Positions 40,223-51,913 of a stretch of 64,000 nt of DNA are shown piece by piece. The notes under the pieces were generated by a model, which was not told where the DNA came from, made no database searches, and worked only from the letters and a program-made list of their open reading frames with translations. A program made the translations under genes and the position numbers. How positions within the stretch are numbered: the stretch's first letter is position 1; each line of letters opens with the position of its first letter. The DNA comes from Bugula neritina (taxonomy: Eukaryota > Animalia > Bryozoa): the NCBI GenBank assembly GCA_964035545.1, contig OZ037766.1, forward strand, positions 3,398,522 through 3,462,521. The letters are read 5' to 3'.

Positions 40223-41181
40223 ACTACTAAAAGCTTGAGAACAAAATATATATTTATAATACTTTAACATCTTTATATCACGGTTGATTTTATAATACTT
40301 CGTACTGATTAAATTTTTAAACATAAATATATCTTTTGTATGATTTAATTTTGTTTTCACATAGAATTTTAGAAAAATAGTTTGTTAAAAAGATAATATT
40401 TTCAAACATTAAAAAAAATTAAATTAAATTTTCAGCTAATTATATATATAGTTCTAGTATATTTCTTTGTTGACTGAGAGCAATAATCATACTAATTCAA
40501 TTTATAACTTATTGTTTCAACTATTTGTTAAAATTATGTACCTAATACTTTTAGCATCAAACACAAAAAAGTTTACCTAAATATTTCATTAGTTTTTAAT
40601 TTAGTTATTTAGATTTAAAATAAACACTTAAATAATCATTTCAACCCAGCCATTAATGTCTAACCAATTATAGTCAAACATTTGTTCAAGCCATCAAAAC
40701 TGCACATATTGCTAAGCTATTCAATTATGAATTTGTTGATCACTTATTTGCTAACTGATTAACTTGAGACAGTTTCTGAAACAAGGCATTAGGAAGGTTC
40801 AACTATATATGAGTTTATAAACATGTATAATTGACGTTGAAAAATTTGCATAACTTTCACCCACAAAAGAATATCTTCATAAAACCTTTTAGGTACAATA
40901 TTCTAGCGTCTTAAAAACATAAACTCTCTTATTTATACTTATACATCAGTTAAATATTAATTTTAAAACTAATATAACATAACTGGAAGTTTATTCATTA
41001 TTTAAATGCAAACTTAAGAAATACAGGTATAGCTATAGCAAAATTTTTAGGTCAATGTTGGTTGAAATGCTTTGTATGTATAGCATGACTTCTCCAAAAA
41101 ATTGCCTGCTATAATATTTATATAATTTTGTTTTTTACTCAGTTTAAAAAATTATAAAACTGCATATAAAAAAATAAAAAT

Positions 41182-41416
41182 TGTGTGTGTGTGTGCGTGT
41201 GTGTGCGTGTGTGTGCGTGCGTGTGTGTGTGTGCGTGTGCGTGTGTGCGTGTGCGTGTGTGCGTGTGTGTGTGCGCGCGTGTGTGTGTGTGCGTGTGCGT
41301 GTGTGCGTGTGCGTGTGTGCGTGTGTGCGTGTGCGTGTGCGTGTGCGTGTGCGTGTGCGTGTGCGTGTGCGTGTGCGTGTGCGTGTGCGTGTGTGTGTGC
41401 GTGTGTGTGTGTGTGT
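41182..41416. repeat. (GT)n/(GCGTGT)n microsatellite
   Basis: Pure alternating purine-pyrimidine tract of about 235 bp. Confidence 0.97.
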
Positions 41417-42909
41417 TTATAAATTTTTTCCCATTACAAAATGCATATATAGTTTATTTTTTAAGGCTTTTAGAAAGTTGTTATTGTTTAATATAATTTA
41501 TATTTAATAAGCATTAAAAACATAACTTTTTATAGTCAAACTTGTAAATAAAACAATCCTTTACAGTAGTAAATATGTTTTTTGTATTTCATGCAGTTAC
41601 AACTTACAAGTAGTAAATAGAATGGTGATCCAATTTACTTTTGCAAGTATAGGTAAAATTTACTGCAAAAATGATAGGCTTACGTTTGTTCGAATAATAT
41701 TTCTATATTCTGAACACATGTTCAATTGCAGTGTAAATACGAGTACAAATTATCTAGAACTCAGCAGGGAAACATAACTCCTTTTTGCTTTCCAACATGA
41801 AAACACAACTTCTAATTGGTAAAAGCTAGTATCAGCAGAAATGTCCTGCCAGAATAATAATATTGAATGAAAAATAAACTGAATTTATTGATAAAAGCTT
41901 TTCTATAAAACTGCTTTTGTCTTACAGTAATACTACTTGAATTATATAAGATTTAGCTATTTAAACTAATTAGACCATATTATATTCATTTCTTTATTAG
42001 AAAAAAATTAGTTTATATATTGTATGGTTTTCATAAAGTTTTTAAGCAAGTTTTAGAACAAAATTACATAGTGCATAAAAGTGAAAACTTGACTATGTAA
42101 GACATATAATACGATCCAAGAGCAACTTGGCAATCATATAAGCACTGCACTCAACTCTTTATATAGGCATGTCATAAAAACCAAACATGAGTTTTTTATA
42201 GGGTTTATACATTTTGTTTAATTTTGCATCTGCCTGTTAACTAAAAATATAAATATATATTTGCATAAGTCATATAATAGTCAGTGGTCAAACATATAGC
42301 GTGAATTCATCAGCTTGCATTACTATAAACAATGTTTGGGTTACAAATCATATGCTTGGAAAAATACTTTCGAGCTGAATAAAGCTATTTTCTAAGAAAA
42401 AATTTCGATGACATTATTGTACATATTATACAAATAAACTATTATATTTATAATCAACTTTTGAATTAATTATCTATTAAGTGCAAATCACATAATGTTC
42501 AAAATATTTCTATGTAGAATTGCAAAAGCTTGCAAAGATTTTTTCAAATAAATTTAAGATATTAAAAAGTTTCTCAAAGTAACAATAATTAAGTCATGTT
42601 GTATAGTTATATTTTTCTACAAGCCTGTTTTTCAACTATTATATTTGTTTGAGTAACCAAGGCAAACATTGCTGTGGAAACATTAAAAACCCTCTGCCAT
42701 GCTTGAGCATTGGGGGGGGTGTTTGGCTACCTAAAATATCTACGAATATAAAATCTAAGCTCATTGCTATTTTCATGTAGCCTGATTTTCGTCTATTTTA
42801 GATACTGGAAAAGCTATTTTTGCTTGTAGATGTATAGCATGAAAAAGCCTTAGATGAAAGCTTTTATACGATAAAGACACTGTTCCTATAGAAGTTCCTC
42901 AACATCAAC

Positions 42910-44882
42910 ATGGCAGGTTAGTGGTTCTGTTTATATTATTATGTTCTCCCTTACCTATATCTCGCGATGTATATGATGTCTTAAATATTTATTTCGCAAT
43001 TGACAACTATACACCTTTATCTGTTTATTCAATTGACAGCTAACATGTTTCTGGTACAGAAAGTTATGCAGATATTACTATTATTAAAGTTACTTTATAG
43101 CACCACTAATGATTCATGCTTATATATTAATGTTGGTAATTCTATTGTCTTCTTTTTCAAAAATTTTATTATTTTAGAAGTTTTAGTTTTTCCCATTATG
43201 CAAGTATAGGAATTAGCCTTGTTTGGTAAATGTTTTCTATTTTTCTTCCTCAGCCTAAATTACTATAAGTTGTGTGTTTCAAGACTCACTTGAATATCTG
43301 TGAACATTGCCTGATAAATTGGTTTTGGTTTAGCTCACATCTTTAAAAAACAATTTTTGCAGAGCTTCATCGAAAGGTGCCACCTGTTGGACTGACTGTT
43401 GGACCAGTTGATGAACCGGAAAATGGACCAGCGGTTGAATCAACTGCTGGATCAATTACTGGGCCGCCTGTTGGACCGGATGATGGACCAGTTGTTGGAC
43501 TGGCTTTTGAACCAGTTGCTGGATCCACTCTTGGACCCGTTGCTGGATCCATTGTTAAACCCGTTGTTGAACCCATTGTTGAACCGGCTGTTGAACCAGC
43601 TACCAAACCAGCTGTTGGACCTGATGGTGAACTGTCTGTTAGACTGGTTGTAGAGCCAGCCGTTGATCCAGCTGCTGAATCAGCTATTGCACCAGTTATT
43701 GGACCGGTTAATGGAACACTTGTTAGATCAACTGCTGAACCAGCTGCTGGACCAGTTGTTGAACCAGTTGCTGGACCATTTGTTGAACCAGTTGCTGGAC
43801 CAGTTGATGGATCGGCTGTTGGATCAGTTGTTGGACCAGTTGTTGGACCAGTTGATGGATCAGCTGTTGGACCAGTTGATGGATCCGTTGTTGGACCAGT
43901 TGCTGAACTAGTTGAACCAGTTGTTGGACCAGATGTTGAACCATTTGTTGGATCTGATGCTGAGTTTTTTGATAAAATGTTTGGCCTAAGTCCTCTTGGG
44001 AACATTACAGGCAATCTAATGTGGTTAATAATGGAGAACACTCCACTAAATGTATCTGATAGCCTTTTTGCTAGTAGAGTTGAAAACTACTTTACTGGAG
44101 AAAGCATGCTTATAACAGCCATAATGCAACGACATATTGAACAGGGAGATCTGGATCTATTCAACAGAGGGATTCATGCACTACTAGACTGGCTCCAGAA
44201 TACCTACTTGCCATTTCGTTCAACGTGTGATAATAAGCAGGAAGTGCATAACTTACTAGCCTGTGGTTTGGCAAATTATGCTCAACCCATTGTCCATCAG
44301 CTGTATAATGCCTCATCCAAACACAGCGTCATGTGTGTATTTGCCATGGTTGGGTCTATTTACATCAGCATGCTGCAAGAGCTGGTGAACGGAGATCCAG
44401 AAGCAGAAAAACCAGAAAACTCCTCATTTTGGCCAAAGCTTCAAGAGTCGGCTGAAGTATATGCTGAACATCTAAGTATTTGCTATCAAGAACTCTGGGT
44501 TAAAAGAGAAAACTGGATATCCAACCCAAATATGGAATCAAACACTTTTGGAGAGAACAGTCAGACGTTTACTGTCAGTTGGAAAGACCAATTCTGTGAG
44601 CCATTCTCAGGAATGTACACACCGCAATACGATTATGAAGATAGCATTACAATACATGGCGGTGACGATGGGAGCGAGTGTGATAAGTTGAGTGACTTTC
44701 TATCTGCGGTGATGGATTCACGTTACCAATACATTACAAAAGTTGAGTCTGAGTTGGAGTTTCTCCTGAACAACCCGTTGATGGTAGTCGACACTTGGAA
44801 GTCCTGCATTCAGACAAAGTTCTCCAGCTCTAAAACATTTGAGCAGTTCAACTTTCCTTTAAACGATTCATACGAAAAATAA
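42910..44882 (+). CDS. Cry delta-endotoxin domain I-like family, paralog C with Pro/Val/Gly/acidic N-terminal repeat (508 aa; exons 42910-42916, 43363-44882)
   Basis: ATGGCAG|gttagt splices in frame to tttttgcag|AG giving MAELHRKVPPVG...; core WLQNTYLPFRSTCDNKQEV...VMCVFAMVGSIYISMLQELVNGDP...FWPKLQESAEVYAEH...LNNPL. Confidence 0.85.
43383..43953 (+). repeat. Coding 12-nt repeat (GGACCAGTTGTT-like; GPVV/EPVA/GSAV tetrapeptides)
   Basis: About 47 degenerate units; explains the shadow ORFs in other frames. Confidence 0.92.
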
Positions 44883-45986
44883 TGTACTTGCATGATGTCA
44901 CTACTAACATCACTATTATGCTGAAAAACACTTTTTTTTACTAGCACAAAATTTGATGTCAGAGTGTTGTTGTTTAATTACTTGATATTATTTGAAATAT
45001 TCAAGCCTACTTTCAACTTATAGTTTATTTCATATTATAATTTTTGAACTTTGATAAATTTATTGTTATTATTCAGCTGCCATATCTTTATAAACTGTAG
45101 CTACAATTTGTGCTATTTCAAATCTCAATTATTTAAAACATTATTTTGAATGAATTCGTAATTCTTTATTAGATTGGTTATTTTTTCTGTCTCCCCAATA
45201 AAATAATTATAATAAATCATACGGTACAGTTGAAAATATGTAAACTGATCATGAGATTATATTTTGCAATATTTTGAAACAAACCACTACTCTTACAAAT
45301 AAAGCTAATTTAAGGCTCGCTTATTCAAAATAAATCAGAAAACTGATAACTTCAAATTCAAACTTTGGGTGTGCAAAATAATATGTTTGAATATTTATAT
45401 GATAGGTTTTTGCGATGTAATGTGAACCTCTGAAAAATTGCTAGGAATTTAAGGCAGCCACCAAATTTATTGTTGAACAAATTTCTAAGCAATAAATTCG
45501 CATAATAATTTTTACAAAACCAGCATATACAGTATTATTATTATGCAACATGTCATTGTTCTAGACTACTTATCCACAACTACTTGTTGGTACCAGGTTA
45601 CTGTATCACTGAAACAATTATGCATTTGCATTTATTAAACAATGAATCCAAAACTGTTTAGGATTATTTTGCAGTTAAATTCTAGCTTTGTTGGTAATTA
45701 AAGTTCAAGAAGGCGAAAACTATTCAAAGACATTTGTTTCAACCAATAAGTGTGTAACTATAACTGGGGATATTCTTACTCAGATTATCACTACAAGAGA
45801 CAATAAATTTTATGTAATGCAGACTACAAAGTTACATGTATATTTCACTCCTTAAACAATACTTAATCCTCCATTTTTAATAAAACAGCCAGTGATTCAA
45901 CCTATTGAAAGTAAGATTAAAAAAGATAATCCTTTTGTTCTTATCTAATCTTTTACAATTATTTTGAATTAATCACCTGGTTTTTG

Positions 45987-46083
45987 TATATATAAACCTT
46001 CGAAAGTGAGATATTTTCAGACAACCCTGTTCTTAGTCCAAGGCAAAGAAATTAGTATATTTTAGAGCTGCTTCAAAGCCAAG
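45987..46083 (+). promoter_or_regulatory. Probable TATA box and non-coding exon 1 of the 148-aa secreted protein gene
   Basis: TATATATAAA at 45987, donor AAG|gtaaca at 46084, acceptor tttttag at 46787, 10 nt before the ATG. Confidence 0.55.
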
Positions 46084-46797
46084 GTAACATATCAATTTGT
46101 TTCAGTCAGTTTTATAGCTTTGCGATCAGTGATTTCTATATATGAACCGTTTTACGTAATATAATTATTATATTTTAGTAGATTGCGAATTTATTGGACA
46201 ACATTTTAATGCAAATTATAATATTTTTCAAGTTTAGCAAAACTTCATTTGTTGATAAAATAGTTCATAATCTTATCTAAAATATTTAAAAGTTAACCGA
46301 GGCTTGGGGTTTGCTACTAAAACTCTTATTGACTTTTTGCGATGTATCATTCTTTTGTATTAATTAAATTTTTAGGCTCTATAATAAAAAATTCAATCAT
46401 GTAGGGTTGTTTTATGCTGTAAATTAATCTCACAATAAAGAAAAAAAACAAAATGTATTTAAATATTTCTTATTTTTTACACAATTCATTTATCTGACAT
46501 GCATCTTTTCAAACCATGAAACAATTATTTTATAATGCCCAGAAATTCAGTGAATTTTAATAATATGCCAAATAGCAAAAAAAATTTTTAATTTTAATCA
46601 AAAGCTTATTGATCTGCACTTATAAAATACCTCTTATGCTTCACGTGTAGTTTTTACAATCTGTGATGAATACCTGCTGCAAAAACTTTAATTCAATTCG
46701 TTTATTTTAATAAAGTATTTTTATGGATTTGCAATGATTGCTGTTATAATAATATAGTATATTAATTGTAAGGATTTCTGTTTTTAGACAAAACAAG

Positions 46798-47244
46798 ATG
46801 CGAATTGAAAAAGGGTTATTGGGTATGTGCCTCATTATCACTGCCGCTCTAAGTTATCCAATCAGGATGAACCAACGAAACAAAATTATGCCCGCAACCC
46901 AAAACTTAGGAGGGGTTTTCATGGAAACTTTGGGTAATGAGATTCTTGCACGCAGCAATGGCCTGTCCAACTTTAGAAGTTATCTTTCCAAACCAGCAGT
47001 TAATGGGAATATCTATGAAAGCATGAATCACTACAACAGATGGAAGAAAGCTCATGGTCTGACAGGTAACTTTGGAGGTTTGAATAGCATTGGTAACAGT
47101 TTTGTTGGGTTGAATAGTGTGGGTGATGACCATATCGCTCCGAAAGACTTTGGTAGTAGCATGGATCTTAATAGTTTGGGTGGTTTTGTTAATCCACTTA
47201 ATGATTTACAACGAATGATAGTTTTAAGAGCATCTTTGCAATAG
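46798..47244 (+). CDS. Secreted protein / possible peptide precursor, 148 aa
   Basis: Signal-like MRIEKGLLGMCLIITAALS-YP; Gly/Asn/Ser-rich body with GLNSIG, GLNSVG, DLNSLGG repeats; GC content higher than flanks. Confidence 0.78.
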   Translation: MRIEKGLLGMCLIITAALSYPIRMNQRNKIMPATQNLGGVFMETLGNEILARSNGLSNFRSYLSKPAVNGNIYESMNHYNRWKKAHGLTGNFGGLNSIGNSFVGLNSVGDDHIAPKDFGSSMDLNSLGGFVNPLNDLQRMIVLRASLQ

Positions 47245-47855
47245 TTCTGTTGATGAACATTAGTTATTTCTTCATTATACTTATATTATACAACTTTTAT
47301 TAATTAACTATGAATATATATATGTTATTTTCTTTAAATATATCCTCCTTTGTTTCAATGTTATTTTGTATAAAAATGTAATTTTTCTATTTGTTGTTCA
47401 CAAATTTTTATATTGTATTAAAATATTTTAATTATAGATATAATATCCATGCTTAGATCACCTTTTAAAAAAATAATTCATGCATAAATATACAATTAAC
47501 AAAACCTTCACCATATTTATGTTATAGTAATTTAAATTTTCTAAAATAGATGTTCAATATTGTTCCTACAATATAGCAATGCACGCAGTGTACCTCACTG
47601 TAATTCAATAATGTTGGCCCTCCATGCTAAAATAATATTTTATACAATTATTTTACTTTTTCAACCAGCTTTAGTACTGAGTGACAAACTTTGGATTATC
47701 CATATACTTGCATTTTATTATAAAAGTTGAAAAATAAATTGGTACAAAAGGAAAAGTGTGATTGGTATTTTACTTGTAAACATTAATTCATGGATTGGGT
47801 TTTATTCAGGTCAGTTTCTATAACTTATATAGTGTTAGTAAACATAACACTATAA

Positions 47856-48107
47856 TAGTAGTAGTATTAGTAGCAGTATATAGTATTAGTTATATTATAG
47901 TAGAAGTAGCATTAGTATATAGTAGTAATAGTATTGGTAGTAGTATAGCATTAGTGGTATAGTAGTATATATTATAGTATTATTAGTTATATAGTATAAG
48001 TAGTATTAGTAGTACTATCATTATTAGTAGCAGTAGTAGAAGAAGTATTATTATTAGTAGCAGTAGTAGTAGAAGTAGTAGTAGCAGTAGCAGCAGCAGC
48101 AGCAGCA
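47856..48107. repeat. Degenerate (TAG)n/(CAG)n microsatellite
   Basis: Visible trinucleotide tract. Confidence 0.85.
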
Positions 48108-48312
48108 TACATTCTCGGAACAATGTTGTACAAAGACTATATGCAGTATGTTACGGTTAGAAAAAATATATCGTAAAATCTTTATAGATTTACTGAGTAT
48201 ACAAAAGGTTGTTTTGATGATAAAGCTGTGTGAATGCTTTTTTAAAGCTGTAGCTGTTGGTTCAGAAAAGTTTTCATTCAGACGAGAAGGTCATCTATAA
48301 CTTGAGTTCGAA

Positions 48313-49471
48313 ATGGCAGGTAAAACTATATGTTCAGATTAATTCTAATATTTTGTATTTATATGTTTACATGTCAAACTAATTAATATAAATGCATAGG
48401 CTACAAAGAATTACATTTGAAAACTTATTAGAAATAATATTTAACTACTGTATTATATGGGCTAAAAATTATTTTGGTGTTTTAGTTTTTAATGCTCATA
48501 CACCGCCAGGCAGCGAACATGGCTCAGAAGATAATTTAGATCTAGCAAACTTAGCCTTGGACCTAACTACAGGATTAGTAGGGAACCACGGGATTGGCTG
48601 CCTAGAAAATTTATCTGACTTCCTTATAGCAGACAACTACCTTTCAACACCCGACACCTGGTATATTCAAAAAGTTACGAAGCAATCCATCCCAGATAGC
48701 TCATATTTTGAAATTAACAATGAGTTAGGAAAGTTCCTTGTATGGGTTAGCACGGAATATTTACCCCTGCGAAGCACCTCTGATGACAAAGCAGAGATAT
48801 TTGAGGATGCTTGTTTCAACATGCAAATAGGCTTCGATCCTCTTAGGAATTTACTATGGAGTATTAAAAGGTTTAGAGAATGCACTATCATGGTGCTTGG
48901 TATTGTCGCTAACCTTCATTTGTTGTTTCTCCAAGACGCTGCAGTGCTAGACCCAAATGTAGCACATCCTACACAATCTGTGTTTTATAAACATATGATT
49001 GAGACAGCTGAACATTATGCTATACGCTTCGAAAAGTGCTTCCATCATATCAAGACTAAAAGATTGGGAATGATATCTCAGTTAGACTTCTACGTTCCTC
49101 GAGATGAAGGGAACACGGCGCTTGTCGCTTATTGGACAGACATAATGAAAGAGAATGATAAATTCATTGACTATATCGGGTATTGCAACAATGTCTATAA
49201 GTCGGGAACATTTCAGCAATTGAGAGAAAGAAGTGAGAAAGCTCATCAAGAATACATAGAGTCTATAAAAGAAGAAGTACTTAGCAAGTTTGGGTATCTC
49301 TTAGAAATTCGGTCAAAGTGGAGAACTTTTGTTGGTCAACATTGTTTACCAACTAAAGCATACGGACATTTTGGTGGGTATCCAGAGCCCCAATCCAATT
49401 TGAATGATCAAAGTGACGTAAGGCAAGAGGTACCTGGAACTGCCTTAGAGCCTCAAGGTTCCAGCCTGTGA
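48313..49471 (+). CDS. Cry delta-endotoxin domain I-like family, paralog D (330 aa; exons 48313-48319, 48486-49471)
   Basis: ATGGCAG|gtaaaa splices to ttttag|TT giving MAVFNAHTPPGSE...; the first ~31 aa of the ORF-track protein are intronic. Motif TIMVLGIVANLHLLFLQDAAVLDP...SVFYKHMIETAEHYAIRFEKCF. Confidence 0.87.
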
Positions 49472-50389
49472 GTAGCATTCAGTTGTATCATAAATTACGG
49501 TCAATTTCAGTAGCAAATTTTAAATTACTATATGAATAATATTTAGTTTTTTGTGACTGGAGTAATTAAGCAATCTGCTATTCTAATTATAGTTTTTAAT
49601 CGTAAATAAAACAATTTCTTATAATAACTTTAATAAACTAAATGTGAATAAATATTCAATTAAAATATAAACAAAATTCTGTTCACAATCCATCTGTTAC
49701 TGGTTTTGTAAATTCCTGGTACTGAAATGCAAAGCTTTTATTCTTTAGATAGTTACAGCATAATTCGTTGACAATTTCAATTCATGTATTGCAATCAAAA
49801 GGTTTTCTTTCTTTATAATGCTATATCAAAACATTTCAATAAATTCCAACTAAGAAAGGGGTGCCCATCAAGTTTAAATTAGCTAAATGTCAACATTTTG
49901 AGGGAGGAATTTAGTATATAAATGCAATTTATAGACCTAATTTGTAAATAATATATTTATATTTGCTACCATAAACTCAGTTTGGGATACTTTACTTCAA
50001 TTCAATTTCTTAATACAATGTATAGTTTGGCTTTCTATATGGCTTATGCTATACTGTTCAATCTTATTGTATTTTTCAACAGGTGAGCATAATAAAGCAC
50101 TAGAAAACACAATACAATACAGCAACACAATCCAATCAAAAATAACACTGTTTGTTCCAAAACAGAGCAGCAAAAAAACTTTCAAGTCATTTAAAATGGA
50201 TTGAGAGATTAAATCAATTTTTGTGTCTCTAAGTAAGAGTTATCTTTTCTTCTCAGTAAACTCGAGCAATCCATGTAATATACATACAAGTACAAAGCTG
50301 AGTCGACAAAGAGTTGGAAAACAACAACTGGTGTTTTATAAACCTGATCCGTTTTACAATACAGGGGACAGCAATCATAAGGGAGCAAA

Positions 50390-50596
50390 CTCACAAAAGT
50401 TTAAAGTCACCATCCTGTGAGAAGCCTCTGCTGTAAAGGGTTTTTGTTGAACCGGCTAAGGACTTATTTAAATGAGACACAGAAGCAATTATGACTAGAT
50501 GCTCTTCCTAACATAACCAATGGCCTTTTTCAGTGCTCGAACCCATGGCCTCGTATTCACTAGGCAAACGCTCTAACCCCCAGACCAATGCTGCTA
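50390..50596 (-). mobile_element. tRNA-derived SINE (boundaries approximate)
   Basis: Reverse strand AGCAGCATTGGTCTGGGGGTTAGAGCG...GGGTTCGAGCAC (A-box and B-box like); absent from the paralogous site near 53920. Confidence 0.65.
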
Positions 50597-51385
50597 TAGT
50601 CTTATAAGGGGTGCAAAAGGCAGGTCAAATTGGAAGATAAACTATTGACCTAAAAATGTGATTTTTTTGCTAAATAATTTAATGAATAGGACATTATTTT
50701 TCATCCAATGATTTTTCAGCACTTATATGGAATCTAAATGTTAAAGAGGCAACTCAAAATCTTTCTCCGCCATGCTTATAACTAGTATATAGTAGCAGAT
50801 TCTAAAATAATAATTTTGAGCCACATATATTTTATTAACTTGCCCATGCTGGTCACAATAGTCCACCTGAACATATTGCACCCTGATCACTGTTGTTAAT
50901 TAGTTTGTCTTAGAAGTTATATTTCTCTCAACTATAGTTGAGAGATTGGTAAAATCTGTAGACATAACTATACATATTTTCCATATTTTGTAATACATTT
51001 TGGAATAGAGTAGTATTCTCAACTCATTAAAGTATAGGAGCAGACAACTTCACTGTAACACTTTGCAGATGCCAATTATTATGATGTAATACATTAAAGT
51101 TTTAGTACAAGGTTTCGCACAATTATGCTATAATATGACAAGTATTTATTATTTTATGAAACTATTATGATAGCTTTGCCTGTGATTTAATTGTGTAAAT
51201 TGTATTTTATAGAACAAAATTTGTGAAAGACAAAGCAGTTTCTACACATGCAACCTTTTTCATATCAAGGAAATAAATGAAGCACAAACCCTAAATCTCT
51301 TAACTATGACTGTTAACTTCTCACATCAAATTCAAGCAAATTAATATTCTACTTTCAGTTTGATTGAATATATGTTTTTTTACCA

Positions 51386-51683
51386 TGTTGGTTGTGGTGT
51401 TGGTTGTGGTGTTGGTTGTGGTGTTGGTTGTGGTGTTGGTTGTGGTGTTGGTTGTGGTGTTGGTTGTGGTGTTGGTTGTGGTGTTGGTTGTGGTGGTGGT
51501 GGTGGTGGTGGTGGTGGTGGTGGTGGTGGTGGTGGTGGTGGTGGTGGTGGTGGTGGTGGTGGTGGTGGTGGTGGTGGTGGTGGTGGTGGTGGTGGTGGTG
51601 GTGGTGGTGGTGGTGGTGGTGGTGGTGGTGGTGGTGGTGGTGGTGGTGGTGGTGGTGGTGGTGGTGGTGGTGGTGGTGGTGGT
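51386..51683. repeat. (TGTTGGTTGTGG)n followed by pure (GGT)n
   Basis: About 9 12-mers then more than 60 GGT triplets. Confidence 0.97.
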
Positions 51684-51913
51684 AAAAACTAAATTGTGCA
51701 GAAACTATATCTATTAATAGTTATGTATGCAGTGTTTTGTGATTAGAAAAAAATATATAATATTATAGTAATATATATCTATTCACTGATTACGAGAAAG
51801 GATATTTTGTTGATAAAGCTATATGTGAAAGTTTTTTGTAAGCTTTAAAGCTGTAGCTGTCGGTTTAGAGAAGTTTTTATTTAGTGGTTAAAGTCCCATC
51901 AGTTGAGTTTGCA

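Noticed and set aside
41181-41507. Cys/Val/Arg-rich ORFs
   Set aside because: Translation of a (GT)n microsatellite.
43367-44041. Minus-strand Thr/Gly/Pro mucin-like ORF and Gln/Leu-rich ORFs
   Set aside because: Alternative-frame readings of the stop-poor 12-nt repeat; only the plus frame joins the micro-exon and the conserved domain.
51360-51717. Poly-Gly, poly-Val and poly-Trp ORFs
   Set aside because: Translation of the (GGT)n tract.
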